A DNA stretch of 51,022 bases, from NCBI GenBank assembly GCA_031279255.1, contig JAITIW010000029.1, positions 1-51,022 of the forward strand, written 5' to 3'. Position 1 is the first letter of the stretch, and the number at the start of each line of letters is the position of its first letter. The position numbers and the translations under genes are program-made. The DNA comes from Puniceicoccales bacterium. GTDB taxonomy: Bacteria > Verrucomicrobiota > Verrucomicrobiia > Opitutales > JAIRLG01. Shown piece after piece: positions 9,199-19,169 of this stretch. The notes below the pieces were generated by a model that saw only the letters and a list, made by a program, of their open reading frames with translations, was not told the origin of the DNA and did no database searches.

Positions 9199-10455
9199 AT
9201 GCTATTTCGTTACATAACGAAAGATAAGGTAGGAAAACGCTTTTACGGAAAAATCGAAAGCGATAGCAAAGAGGAATTAGAAAAACGGTTCCAAAGCGCA
9301 GGACACAGTATCGTTCTCCTGGAACACCTAGAATCTAGGGTATCTGCCGAAGCTAAGCATGTAGACCACGTTGCGCCTACTACACCGACAACAACCTTGG
9401 GCCATCAACGCATCTCCCGAGAGCAAAAGTCGCGATTTATTCAACAACTGGCCATTCTCATGGATTCTGGCATGGAATTGCGAATCAGTTTGGTCATTCT
9501 TCTCGAACAGACATCACGTTCCTCTCGTACATTTAAATTCTTACAACACCTCATACAGCATATCGAATCAGGCGATAGCCTTTCCGATGCCCTCAACAGT
9601 ATGAAGGCCAGATTCGAGACCTATGAAATAGCGATGATTCGTGCCGGTGAGTCGATTGGGAAATTACCCCAAGCACTCGTGCGCCTATCGGAGCTCATCA
9701 CCAAAAGTGAACGTATCCGCAAAGCCATCATATCAGCATCCTTCTACCCCATGACTGTTATGCTGGTCGCAGCTGTCATCGTCCTCATACTGACGCTTTT
9801 TGTCATTCCCCGCTTCGAAGCCATTTTTACGGAACAATTTGGTTCCGACGAATTGCCAACACTCACAGCTATTATCCTCGGAGTCAGTCGCTGGTCATTG
9901 AAGCATTGGAAAGCCATTATTCTTGTACTGCCCGGCATTTTCTTTTCCATGCTCCTTCTGCAAAAATGGGCCCCATTCCAAATCCTCTGTGAACGCACAT
10001 TCCTCAAAATCCCCATACTGAAAAACATCATCATCGAATGGAACATCGTCCTATTTTCTAGAATCTTTGGAGAATTGCTCCACTGCGGAGCGCCATTACT
10101 GAAATCACTGCAACTCACCAAAGAAAGTATTAAAAATGCCACCACTCGTCAGGAATTACAGTACGTCATCGGTGATCTCGCACACGGCATGACGTTTTCC
10201 GAAGCTCTGCAACGACACCATGTCTTTCCACCTATGGCCCAGGGCCTGATGGCTGTCGGCGATCGTTCAGGAACCATTGGAGAAATGATGAATCGAGTGG
10301 CCGAAACCTACGAATATCAACTCAATGAAGATATCAAAGGGATGACGAAATTACTGGAGCCGATCATGATCGTCTTTCTGGCTGTTTTCGTCGGAAGCAT
10401 TGTCATCGGACTTTTCCTACCGCTCGTCGCCATTATTAAAAACTTCTCTGGATAA
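9199..10455 (+). CDS. gspF: Type II secretion / type IV pilus platform protein GspF/PilC family
   Basis: Two T2SSF repeats with the characteristic motifs IRAGESIGKLPQALVRLSE and MAVGDRSGTIGEMMNRVAE, plus three hydrophobic segments. ATG 9199 is preferred over the track's TTG at 9139. Confidence 0.8.
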   Translation: MLFRYITKDKVGKRFYGKIESDSKEELEKRFQSAGHSIVLLEHLESRVSAEAKHVDHVAPTTPTTTLGHQRISREQKSRFIQQLAILMDSGMELRISLVILLEQTSRSSRTFKFLQHLIQHIESGDSLSDALNSMKARFETYEIAMIRAGESIGKLPQALVRLSELITKSERIRKAIISASFYPMTVMLVAAVIVLILTLFVIPRFEAIFTEQFGSDELPTLTAIILGVSRWSLKHWKAIILVLPGIFFSMLLLQKWAPFQILCERTFLKIPILKNIIIEWNIVLFSRIFGELLHCGAPLLKSLQLTKESIKNATTRQELQYVIGDLAHGMTFSEALQRHHVFPPMAQGLMAVGDRSGTIGEMMNRVAETYEYQLNEDIKGMTKLLEPIMIVFLAVFVGSIVIGLFLPLVAIIKNFSG

Positions 10456-10514
10456 TTCTTATCACTTGCGTCGTAAAACCATGTCATTTATGGTATGGAT
10501 ATAAGGCATTGTAA

Positions 10515-10735
10515 TACACCAGCCAAAGATGTTCGCGCTGTGGACATGTTGCAAAAGAAAACTGCAAAAGCCAAGCGAAATTTAAATGTTGCAATTGCGG
10601 ATTCGAAGTGCATACTAACCACCATATGGTAGGGTATGCTGTTGAAAGCCTATAGAGAGATCAGTGTGAGCTAAAACCTACCTGGTATAATAACCAGGAA
10701 TCCCTGTCCTAAAGGACGGGGAGGATGTCAAAATT
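10515..10735 (+). pseudogene. Relic of a TnpB (IS200/IS605- or IS607-type OrfB) C-terminus plus its 3' flank
   Basis: The in-frame fragment YTSQRCSRCGHVAKENCKSQAKFKCCNCGFEVHTNHHMVGYAVESL* (10515-10655) matches the TnpB zinc-ribbon pattern YTSQxCSxCGH...SQxxFxCxxCG. A stop lies immediately upstream. Two hairpins follow (cctggt-ataata-accagg; tccctgtcc-taaa-ggacgggga). Confidence 0.6.
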
Positions 10736-10787
10736 TTATATTGCTATAATAGGAACAATTGTTTACAGGTAACTTGTACTTCATTTA

Positions 10788-11648
10788 ATGAAATATTCTA
10801 TTTCAAACACAAATCATATGAACACAGACAAAAAATGGATAACAGCCCTTATGGGGATTCTTTCCTCTGGCTTCTTGTGCGCCGAAGGTGATTTTAAGTT
10901 GCCTTCACTATCACTCGATACCAGTTGCGGCTTCGATAGCGAATACGTTTATCGCGGAACCAAACTCAATCAACAGTTTTTTTCGCCTAAGGTTGAAATC
11001 AGCACATCTTTTTTCGGAAATGGTGATATTTACTTCGGGACGAAGGCTTTCTTAGCTACTAAAAATTCTCGCTTTAATAAATACGACCTTCACATCGGCC
11101 TCTCTCATGAAATTACGGACTTAATCGTCTTAGATTTCGGATTTACTCACCACATTTATCGGAATCGATTCAAATGGATTCCAGTCATTAGGCCTTACTG
11201 GGAAAAAACCAAAAGACATAGTGAGGAGATTTACATTGGATGTTCCAGTGATATATCGTTGAGTCCATCCGTCTACTACGCTTATGATATCACTCAGAAG
11301 AGACATAATTTAGAAGGAAAAGTGAATTATCTTTATGATCTTTCGCAATGGGGCGCCGGTGGCTTGGCCGTAGATCTTTTGGCTAAAATTGGCTATGACA
11401 GGACACAACAGCCGTTCGGGTTGAAAGGAACTTTCAAAAGTGATGGTGCATTCGCCGGATCGAAAAAGCATTATTTCTACTACGGTGCCGGTGCCGATCT
11501 CGTCTACACCATTAACCCCAATACCGCCGCTCGCGCCGGAGCTAAATTTGAAGGAGCCAATGGGAAAAAGGCCTGGATTGCTAAGATTTCTGAAAAATAT
11601 CGCCGTGACCTTTTCTGGTTCTCGACTTCCATCGATTGTAGTTTTTAG
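10788..11648 (+). CDS. Outer-membrane beta-barrel protein, paralog 1
   Basis: Signal peptide, probably starting at ATG 10818 (MNTDKKWITALMGILSSGFLCAEG). Alternating beta-strand pattern with a C-terminal Phe (STSIDCSF). It shares LPxLSLxT...FDSEYVYRGxKLxQQ with the next gene. Confidence 0.6.
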   Translation: MKYSISNTNHMNTDKKWITALMGILSSGFLCAEGDFKLPSLSLDTSCGFDSEYVYRGTKLNQQFFSPKVEISTSFFGNGDIYFGTKAFLATKNSRFNKYDLHIGLSHEITDLIVLDFGFTHHIYRNRFKWIPVIRPYWEKTKRHSEEIYIGCSSDISLSPSVYYAYDITQKRHNLEGKVNYLYDLSQWGAGGLAVDLLAKIGYDRTQQPFGLKGTFKSDGAFAGSKKHYFYYGAGADLVYTINPNTAARAGAKFEGANGKKAWIAKISEKYRRDLFWFSTSIDCSF

Positions 11649-11720
11649 AAAGTTCTTGGAAATTTGATCCTCCCAAGGACTCAGTTTATTTTTTGACAAA
11701 ACAACAAACCACAAATCAAC

Positions 11721-12551
11721 ATGAATAAGAAACTAATCAATATCGCAGTTGGTACATTATGCATCGGTTCCTCTTTAATGGCAAAGGAACCCCGTGACAG
11801 CTTTGCTCTGCCTCCGTTATCACTTAAGACAGATATTCGTTTCGACAGCGAATACGTCTATCGTGGGGCTAAACTTGGTCAACAGGTCTTCATTCCCAAG
11901 GTAGAGCTGGGCGCCTCTCTTTTTGAGAAGGGCAGGTTTTATTTCGGTAATGAAAATTTCTTACTGGTCAAAAATTCTCTCTCGAATCGGAATGATCTCT
12001 GTGTCGGTTTTTCTTATGATCTTACTGATCTCTTTACCGTCGATGGCGCTCTTACGTTTCATCTACGCAAAAGCGAGAACATAACCCTAAATCAACAGGG
12101 AGGGAAAAAAGACACCAAGGAAATTTATGTAGGGCTTTTGTCCAATGTATGCTGGAATCCTTCACTCTATTATTCCTATGATATTACTTGGAAAAGACAT
12201 AATCTTGAAGGTAGACTCGAGTATCCTTACGATCTCACTCCTTTAGGTGTCGAAGGATTTGCGGTTGCTCTTCGAGCTAAAGCAGGTTTCGACAGAACCA
12301 ATAAACCCTTGGGGATCAAAAATAGTTTTGAGCCAGGGGGAAGGCACCACGGTAAAAAGAAAAGCTATGCTTATTATGGCGCCGGTATCGATCTAGTCCG
12401 TTCCTTTAATGAAAATTGTGAAGGCCGCATAGGCGTAAACTATGAAGGTACGAGCACAAAAAGTGCCTGGATTCATGGGCCTAGTGCTTGGTTATTTACC
12501 GTTCGCAAGAATCTCGCGTGGTTTTCGACTTCCTTGAAGTGGGATTTTTAA
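11721..12551 (+). CDS. Outer-membrane beta-barrel protein, paralog 2
   Basis: Signal peptide MNKKLINIAVGTLCIGSSLMA and a C-terminal WDF. It is collinear with paralog 1 throughout (YDITxKRHNLEG, YYGAG.DLV, WFSTS). Confidence 0.6.
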   Translation: MNKKLINIAVGTLCIGSSLMAKEPRDSFALPPLSLKTDIRFDSEYVYRGAKLGQQVFIPKVELGASLFEKGRFYFGNENFLLVKNSLSNRNDLCVGFSYDLTDLFTVDGALTFHLRKSENITLNQQGGKKDTKEIYVGLLSNVCWNPSLYYSYDITWKRHNLEGRLEYPYDLTPLGVEGFAVALRAKAGFDRTNKPLGIKNSFEPGGRHHGKKKSYAYYGAGIDLVRSFNENCEGRIGVNYEGTSTKSAWIHGPSAWLFTVRKNLAWFSTSLKWDF

Positions 12552-12766
12552 GTTTTAGGAAAAACTTCATTAGATTGTAGTTAAGGTTAATAGGAAACTT
12601 CTGAAGAAATTCAGAAGTTTCGTTTACTTTGGGTATTTCTTTCGAAAATAACACAGGAGGAAATATAGAGAAAATCATCACACGATGAAAATTCCATGAA
12701 GCCCTTGAGATTTTCGTTATGTCCCAATGTTGTCTCTTATCGATCAGTTTCGCCGCTGATTAACTT

Positions 12767-12866
12767 TGCTGCCTTTTGAGCCCTTCGGGCTCGCCCGCGC
12801 AGCGGGCCAGCGGCTCAAAAAAATATAAAGCAGGAGCTTTTATTTTTTTAGCCGCAAAAGGCAGCA
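12767..12866. repeat. GC-rich nested-hairpin element G3 (variant copy)
   Basis: The outer inverted repeat tgctgccttttg...caaaaggcagca encloses gagccc-ttc-gggctc and gcccgc-gca-gcgggc (the same core as G2), plus an AT-rich palindrome with a T-run. Confidence 0.7.
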
Positions 12867-12868
12867 GA

Positions 12869-13023
12869 CTTAGATGGTGTCATCAAATGAAAAGGTGGAC
12901 AAAAGAGAAAAGAGAGATAGAGAGGGAGAATGGACAAAAGGATACATAAGGGATACGACCTATCAGATGAATTGTGGAACAAGGCGAAAGGATTGCCGCC
13001 TGATTTTGACGACATCCTCTAGA
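12869..13023 (+). mobile_element. MITE-like element, copy B
   Basis: ttag|atggtgtcatcaaatg ... attttgacgacatcct|ctag. It aligns with copies A, C and D, and starts 2 nt after G3. Confidence 0.65.
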
Positions 13024-13197
13024 TGGTAAACCTAGATTTTGGCAAAAAACCGGCTTAGATCTTAGCTTCTCAAAATCCATCCATGAGCCGTTTTGCAGAT
13101 GATACCCATCAACGGACAATTTCCGCTCTGCGTTTGGAAGGATTCTTGACCTTTCAGCGGCTTTCCCAAGGATCATCTTGCTCTTAAATACTCCATC

Positions 13198-16100
13198 ATG
13201 GAGAAAAATTTCGTCCACCTTCATGTTCATACCGATTACAGCCTCCTGGATGGGGCCTGTCGCATCGATCGTCTCTTCCAACATGCGCAGAAGCTCGGGA
13301 TGCCGGCCGTCGCCATGACAGATCACGGCAATGTCTTTGCCATCCCAAATTTCCTCAAAGAGGCGAAAAAATACGACATCAAGCCCATTATCGGCTGCGA
13401 ATTTTATACACTTTTCGAAGAAGATTTTAAAATCAGGGAACGTTTTCCGCTCTACCATCTGGAGCTGATTGCCCAGACACTGGACGGTTACCGCAATCTT
13501 TCGCATCTGGTTTCCGTAGCCCACACACAGGGATTCTACTACAAGCCACGGATCAATTGGCAGACCATAGCCGAGTATTCCAAAGACCTCCTGTGCCTCA
13601 CGGGATGCCTGCAGGGCTACCTCTCGGATATGCTCCGAAAAGGGCTCTACAAGGAGGCCAAGTCGGGGCTCCATCGTCTGATCGATATTTTTGGCCGCGA
13701 ACGTCTTTTTGTGGAAGTTCAGAATCACGGTATGCCGGAACAGGCAGAAATTTTGCCACAGCTCTTTCGACTAGCGGATGAAGCAAAAATTCCCGTCATT
13801 GCCACCAACGATGCCCATTATGTGGAAGCCAAGGACTGGGAAGCTCAGGATGCTCTCCTCTGTATTCAGACAGCTTCTCGGGTATCGGATGTCGAGCGCA
13901 TGCGCATGGCTTCTCATCAATTCTATATCAAATCGCGGGCCGAAATGGAGGCCATTTTTGGCGAGCGGCCAGATGCGCTGGACAATACACTCCGTGTCGC
14001 CGAGCGCTGCGACTTTCAGCTGCCCTATGGAGAAAATCATTACCCCATATTTCGGCAGAACACCGAAGATACTTCTCGCTATCATGGTGACCACACTGCT
14101 CACTTACGCTCGCTTTGTCTCACGGGTCTTCAGGAGCGCTACGGCATTACCTACTGCGAACCGAACTCCATCACGAAGCATGATGCGTCTTCCCGGCGCC
14201 AAAAAATGCTCTGCGAACGCATGGATTACGAGTTGCAGATCATCGCATCGACTGGGTTTCTGGATTACTTTCTCATCGTCTGGGATTTTATCGCCTGGGC
14301 GAGGCATCATCATATTTCCGTCGGCCCTGGTCGCGGTTCCGGTGCCGGTTGTCTCGTCGCCTACGTTCTCTACATCACCGACGTCGACCCCATCGCCTTC
14401 GGTCTGCTTTTCGAGCGTTTTCTCAATCCGGAGCGCATCTCACCACCGGATTTCGACATCGATTTCTGTATGCGTCGCCGCGAAGAGGTCATCGATTATG
14501 TACGGCAAAAATACGGAAGCGATAACGTGGCTAATATCATCACGTTCGGAACCTTTGGGGCCAAAATGGTTCTCCGCGACCTCTGCCGTGTACACGATAT
14601 TCCTTACGCCGAAGCGAATCGCATGGCAAAAATGGTACCGGATGACCTGAAGATCACACTGGAGACGGCATTGCAGAAATCTCCAGAACTTCAGCAGGAA
14701 GTACGTCGAAATCCCGTGACCCAGAAGATCATCGAAGAGGGAAAAATCATCGAAGGAATGGTCCGCAACACCGGTTCTCATGCCTGTGGTATCCTGATTT
14801 CCGATCGACCGATCGAGCAGCACATTCCGGTATGCCTTCAGGAAGGGACCCTGACGACGCAGTTCTCCATGGAACCGGTGGGAGAATTGGGCCTGCTCAA
14901 AATGGACTTTTTGGGCCTCAAAACCCTCACGGTCATCGCCGATGCTGAGCGACATGTACAAGTCCTGGCGCAACAGCCAGATTTTCATATTCTCGACATC
15001 CTGCTCGACGATACAGCGACCTATTCCTTGCTCAATAGCGGCGAAACGACCGGTATTTTTCAATTGGAATCCGATGGTATGCGATCCCTTTGCCGAAAGT
15101 TCGAAATTTCCAGCATCGAAGAGATCAGTGCCCTGAGTGCCCTGTACCGTCCGGGGCCGATGGAATGGATTCCGGCTTATGTCGACGGGAAAAAAGATCC
15201 TTCAAAAATCCAATATCCTCATCCGTTATTGGAACAAATCTGCCGAGAGACCTACGGCATACTCGTCTACCAGGAACAGGTCATGGAAGCGGCGCGTGTC
15301 ATTGCCGGTTATACACTCGGCGGTGCGGATATTTTACGTCGCGCCATGGGGAAGAAAAAAGCCGATGAGATGGCAAAACAACGGGCTGTTTTTATCGAAG
15401 GAGCCTACAAGCATCACCATATCGCCAAGTCCAAAGCGGAAGAAATTTTCGACATTTTGGAAAAATTTGCCGGCTATGGGTTCAATAAATCTCACTCCAC
15501 AGCCTACGCCATCATCGCCTACCAAACGGCTTTTCTGAAAGCGAACTATCCCGTCGCCTTCATGGCAGCACTGCTCTCGGCGGAATTGGGAAATGCGGAA
15601 AAAAGCGCTACGTTCATCGCCGAATGCCGCCGAATGTCCATCCCTGTATTGGCACCAGACATCAACGAATCGCTCGAGGATTTTACGCCCAATCTGGAAA
15701 AACATTGCATCCGATTTGGATTAGCGGCCATCAAGGGCGTCGGCGAAGCCGCTTCCAAAAGTATCCTCTCCGAGAGGGAACAAAATGGCCCTTTCAAAAA
15801 TTTTCGGGACTTCATCCATCGTATCGATCTGCGTATCGTCAACAAGCGTGTCCTGGAATACCTCATCAAATGCGGGGCCTTTGACAATTGGGGCGAAGAT
15901 CGGCAATACCTACTGGATACCCTCGATACGACCATGGCCGAGGCATCTTCGTTGCAAAAAGATCGGGATGCTGGCCAATCCCAACTTTTTGATTTTTTGG
16001 AGGAAGCACCAACGGATGCTGAAAATACCACAGTGCTTTCCGCTCCTGATTTCCGCAACACGATGCCGCCACACGAAAAATGGCATCACGAAAAGGAATT

Positions 16101-16737
16101 ATTGGGATTTTACGTCACCGGCCATCCACTCGAGCTCTACGACGGCATTCTGGAAACTATCAACGTGCCAGCTGAAAATTCTTTCCATGAACAAGCAAAT
16201 CTGACACCCTTTCGTCTCTGTGGAATCCTGCAGCAGCTTCAGAAGCGGTTTACTCAGAAAGATCAACGACCATGGGCCAGTTTTGAGCTCGAAACCCGCG
16301 ATCACATTTGGACCATGAGCTGCTTCCCCGATACCTACGAACGCGTCGTCCATCGGCTAAACGAAGGCGGAAGTTTTCTCGTCCAGGGAAGTATCCGGCG
16401 GCAGAACGAAGAGATACGGCTCAACGTCAGCGACATTCATCCGCTTTCCGAAATCCTTCCAGAGCTCGTTGAAGAAATTTTCTGGGATTTGGATGCCGCT
16501 GCACCCGACCTCGATGCCTTCCTCGAAAAACTTCATGATTACATCTCGCATCAAGCCGGCAGAAGCGGCACACGGCTGTACTTTCATTTTCCGGAAGAAA
16601 ATTTGCCCTTAGAAATCCCACTCCCTCAGTCCTTTCGATGTCATTTCCATATGCAACACTTACGAAGCATCGAACAGCAATTTCAAGCGGTGAAGAAAAT
16701 GCGCATTGCAACTCAAGCACTTCGATTCACAACATAG
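13198..16737 (+). CDS. dnaE: DNA polymerase III alpha subunit
   Basis: 1179 aa. N-terminal PHP domain ([15 protein letters not shown]), polymerase core ([21 protein letters not shown]) and a C-terminal OB region. Confidence 0.95.
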   Translation: MEKNFVHLHVHTDYSLLDGACRIDRLFQHAQKLGMPAVAMTDHGNVFAIPNFLKEAKKYDIKPIIGCEFYTLFEEDFKIRERFPLYHLELIAQTLDGYRNLSHLVSVAHTQGFYYKPRINWQTIAEYSKDLLCLTGCLQGYLSDMLRKGLYKEAKSGLHRLIDIFGRERLFVEVQNHGMPEQAEILPQLFRLADEAKIPVIATNDAHYVEAKDWEAQDALLCIQTASRVSDVERMRMASHQFYIKSRAEMEAIFGERPDALDNTLRVAERCDFQLPYGENHYPIFRQNTEDTSRYHGDHTAHLRSLCLTGLQERYGITYCEPNSITKHDASSRRQKMLCERMDYELQIIASTGFLDYFLIVWDFIAWARHHHISVGPGRGSGAGCLVAYVLYITDVDPIAFGLLFERFLNPERISPPDFDIDFCMRRREEVIDYVRQKYGSDNVANIITFGTFGAKMVLRDLCRVHDIPYAEANRMAKMVPDDLKITLETALQKSPELQQEVRRNPVTQKIIEEGKIIEGMVRNTGSHACGILISDRPIEQHIPVCLQEGTLTTQFSMEPVGELGLLKMDFLGLKTLTVIADAERHVQVLAQQPDFHILDILLDDTATYSLLNSGETTGIFQLESDGMRSLCRKFEISSIEEISALSALYRPGPMEWIPAYVDGKKDPSKIQYPHPLLEQICRETYGILVYQEQVMEAARVIAGYTLGGADILRRAMGKKKADEMAKQRAVFIEGAYKHHHIAKSKAEEIFDILEKFAGYGFNKSHSTAYAIIAYQTAFLKANYPVAFMAALLSAELGNAEKSATFIAECRRMSIPVLAPDINESLEDFTPNLEKHCIRFGLAAIKGVGEAASKSILSEREQNGPFKNFRDFIHRIDLRIVNKRVLEYLIKCGAFDNWGEDRQYLLDTLDTTMAEASSLQKDRDAGQSQLFDFLEEAPTDAENTTVLSAPDFRNTMPPHEKWHHEKELLGFYVTGHPLELYDGILETINVPAENSFHEQANLTPFRLCGILQQLQKRFTQKDQRPWASFELETRDHIWTMSCFPDTYERVVHRLNEGGSFLVQGSIRRQNEEIRLNVSDIHPLSEILPELVEEIFWDLDAAAPDLDAFLEKLHDYISHQAGRSGTRLYFHFPEENLPLEIPLPQSFRCHFHMQHLRSIEQQFQAVKKMRIATQALRFTT

Positions 16738-16927
16738 CAGTGGATTTTCACCACCTCGAAATCCATTCCCCTTATCTTTAGGAAATTATCATATCCGATA
16801 GAAGCGCCCTTATTTTGTTCATGAACAACAAGAATTCAGCTTGAAAAAAGCAAATATCTTCTTCCTTTTGCAGAAAAAAGTCACTATCGGCTCCTCAAAT
16901 TAAAACTACTTCCTGCAAATAAATCTT

Positions 16928-17272
16928 ATGACCGAATTGACGCTTTTTCAAAAAATCATCCGGCGGGAAATTCCAGCCGAAATCCTCATGGAAACCAAAG
17001 ACACCATAGTGATCAAAGACATTCATCCACAAGCACCTGTCCATGTACTCATCATTCCTAAAAAACTCATCCAGCGGACTTCTGAAGCACAGGAAGAAGA
17101 TGCGCTTCTGCTCGGGAAATTGTTACTTACCGCCAAAGCTTTCGCCGAAAAAGAAGAGCTGTCGAATGGCTACCGTCTGGTCATCAATAATGGTCGAATG
17201 GCCGGAGAGACGATTCCGCATTTGCACATCCATCTCTTCGCCGGACGGCCCATGAGCTGGCCACCCTGTTAA
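16928..17272 (+). CDS. HIT-family (HinT-like) nucleotide hydrolase
   Basis: 114 aa, with the histidine triad HLHIHLF and N-terminal LFQKIIRREIPAE. Confidence 0.85.
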   Translation: MTELTLFQKIIRREIPAEILMETKDTIVIKDIHPQAPVHVLIIPKKLIQRTSEAQEEDALLLGKLLLTAKAFAEKEELSNGYRLVINNGRMAGETIPHLHIHLFAGRPMSWPPC

Positions 17273-17364
17273 TTAAAAAAGCCTATCACGTTCACCATTT
17301 TAAGAAAAAGTTTGACAAACACTTTGGTGCAGCCTAGCTGATGGCTTCATTTTACGGACTTTCG

Positions 17365-17796
17365 ATGAAGACAACGTTGGTAAAAAAAGTCAATATGGAC
17401 GAGAAGAAGTGGTTTCTCGTCGACGCCGCTAAGGGAAATCTGGGGCGTATCGCTGTCAGAATTGCCAATGTTTTACGCGGTCGACATAAGGTGACCTATA
17501 CGCCTCACATGGACGATGGTGATTTCGTCGTCGTCGTGAATGCCGATAAAGTGCGTCTGACAGGCAAGAAAAACGAGGATAAAGATTATATGTTTTACGC
17601 GATGTATCAGGGGAACGAAAAGCGTTTTTCGGCTCAGACGATGCGGACGCGTCAGCCATGTTTTCTCATAGAACACGCCGTAAAAGGGATGCTGCCCAAG
17701 AATCGATTGGCCAATACCATGCTTAAAAAATTAAAAGTCTATGCCGGAACGACACATCCCCATGAAGCTCAGAATCCTGTCCTTCTGAACACTTAA
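17365..17796 (+). CDS. rplM: 50S ribosomal protein L13
   Basis: MKTTLVKKVNMDEKKWFLVDA...GRIAVRIANVLRGRHK is the canonical L13 N-terminus. ATG 17365 is preferred over the track's 17341. Confidence 0.9.
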   Translation: MKTTLVKKVNMDEKKWFLVDAAKGNLGRIAVRIANVLRGRHKVTYTPHMDDGDFVVVVNADKVRLTGKKNEDKDYMFYAMYQGNEKRFSAQTMRTRQPCFLIEHAVKGMLPKNRLANTMLKKLKVYAGTTHPHEAQNPVLLNT

Positions 17797-17814
17797 CCTA
17801 TTGCATTTGATTTT

Positions 17815-18222
17815 ATGGTCGTTCAAACAGGATCCGTTGTGGAATTTTTAGGGACAGGACGTCGTAAAACAGCGATCGCCAAGGTACGTCTTAGATCCGG
17901 TGAAGGGAAATTTACCATCAATGGCAAGGCGTTGGAGCGTTACTTATGCCTTGAGAGTGCACGTAAGGAAGCTCTTTCTCCGCTACACTGTGTGGAATTA
18001 GTCGACAAAGTAGACGTGAATGCGACCGTACTCGGCGGAGGGATTCATGGCCAAGCCGGCGCTATCCGCCTGGGTATTGCCCGTGCTATTCAGAAAATGG
18101 ACGAGACTCTACGAATTCCTCTAAAAAAAGAAGAGCACTTGACGCGCGATGGTCGTATGAGAGAACGCAAAAAGTCCGGCCAGCCGGGCGCTCGGAAGCG
18201 TTTCCAGTTCTCAAAACGCTAG
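17815..18222 (+). CDS. rpsI: 30S ribosomal protein S9
   Basis: GTGRRKTAIAKVRL near the N-terminus and the canonical C-terminus RKRFQFSKR. It directly follows rplM. Confidence 0.95.
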   Translation: MVVQTGSVVEFLGTGRRKTAIAKVRLRSGEGKFTINGKALERYLCLESARKEALSPLHCVELVDKVDVNATVLGGGIHGQAGAIRLGIARAIQKMDETLRIPLKKEEHLTRDGRMRERKKSGQPGARKRFQFSKR

Positions 18223-18249
18223 TCGGCCTATTTAATCTCTCCCGAAACG

Positions 18250-18760
18250 GCATTGATTATGTTCCCTATTCTCTCAAAAGCTGATCTTCCAAACGAAGCT
18301 TACTGCATCCTCCATGCCACCTCTTGACCTTATAAGCCGTACCCGATATTTCAGCCCTATGACTAATGTTGATGGCTTAATGCCTATCAGATGACGAAAT
18401 TCTTCTGTCGACAAATCTTTTAAACTCAAATGCCTCATATTTACCTCTTTAAATAACTATCTCCTTTTAACATCCTATTATCGTTTCGAAAGAAGTCTAA
18501 TGAAATTTTCTCGTTGCGATAGCGAAAAAGGTTCTTTTCGTTCATGTAAATCTGATCGGTCTGGGGATGGGGTTGTATTTTTTTCCAAAAAAAGAGGTGT
18601 TTGTGAAATACACACGAATCACCTCTTGCTCCTTTAGAAACACTCTCGTTCAAAAGAACGTCGAAAAGGATCAGGTGACCTACGGCACGCAAAACCTCTG
18701 GCGACCGCTGCTTTCTTCCGAACCTGACGGAGTTAGCCGATGCCTTACTGTATAGGGCCC
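18250..18760 (-). pseudogene. Decayed IS5-like transposase fragments (a C-terminal piece followed by an N-terminal HTH piece)
   Basis: The minus strand from 18438 down to 18277 reads MRHLSLKDLSTEEFRHLIGIKPSTL...RGG; a frame shift then gives KLRLEDQLL, the HTH_Tnp_4-type pattern LSxEEFxRLxGxxxxTF...GGRxxKLSxEDQLL. The minus strand from ~18760 down to 18441 has DDE-C-terminus-like strings (GDSxxFHKHLxxxKIQPHPQ..., YRNEKIS). The family call is from memory. Confidence 0.45.
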
Positions 18761-19169
18761 AATCCCTATTCTAGGGAGAAAAAGAAATATAAGGAAGCAA
18801 GAGTAAAAAATGTTCACAAACAACAGACTAGCTCCAAGGCACATTTTATGCACAAAAATATTTTACAATAGTGAAATCTTCAATTTCTTAAAAACATCTT
18901 TTTCCTATTGTGAGATTTTTTTCAAATATCAATATACAAATCATGAGTCGTAATCCGCTCAGTCCCAAAGACCTGACGAATGTTCTGAATCGTTACCAAG
19001 GATCCATATGCCGACGTTCAGCCATGAGCAAAGTAGCTTCGAATCGCCGGGGAGAACCTCGACGAGAAGGAAGTCAGAGTACATGTGACCGTATGGCTCT
19101 AGGACTACTCATATGCGCCTCCGCGCTTCAAACATTCGCCATATTATGCTTTGATCTTTTTTAATCGCT

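Noticed and set aside
12883-16720. Numerous track ORFs antisense to or out of frame within dnaE (e.g. 12883-13728 -, 13778-14650 +, 14440-15063 -, 15546-16061 -)
   Set aside because: They overlap the clearly conserved 1179-aa DnaE frame. Their peptides are Arg/Ser-rich with no motifs. The 5' part of 12883-13728 covers MITE copy B.
18910-19164. 84-aa ORF just upstream of birA
   Set aside because: It has no recognisable motif or convincing start context and lies next to IS debris. It is left unannotated as it may be a remnant of something.
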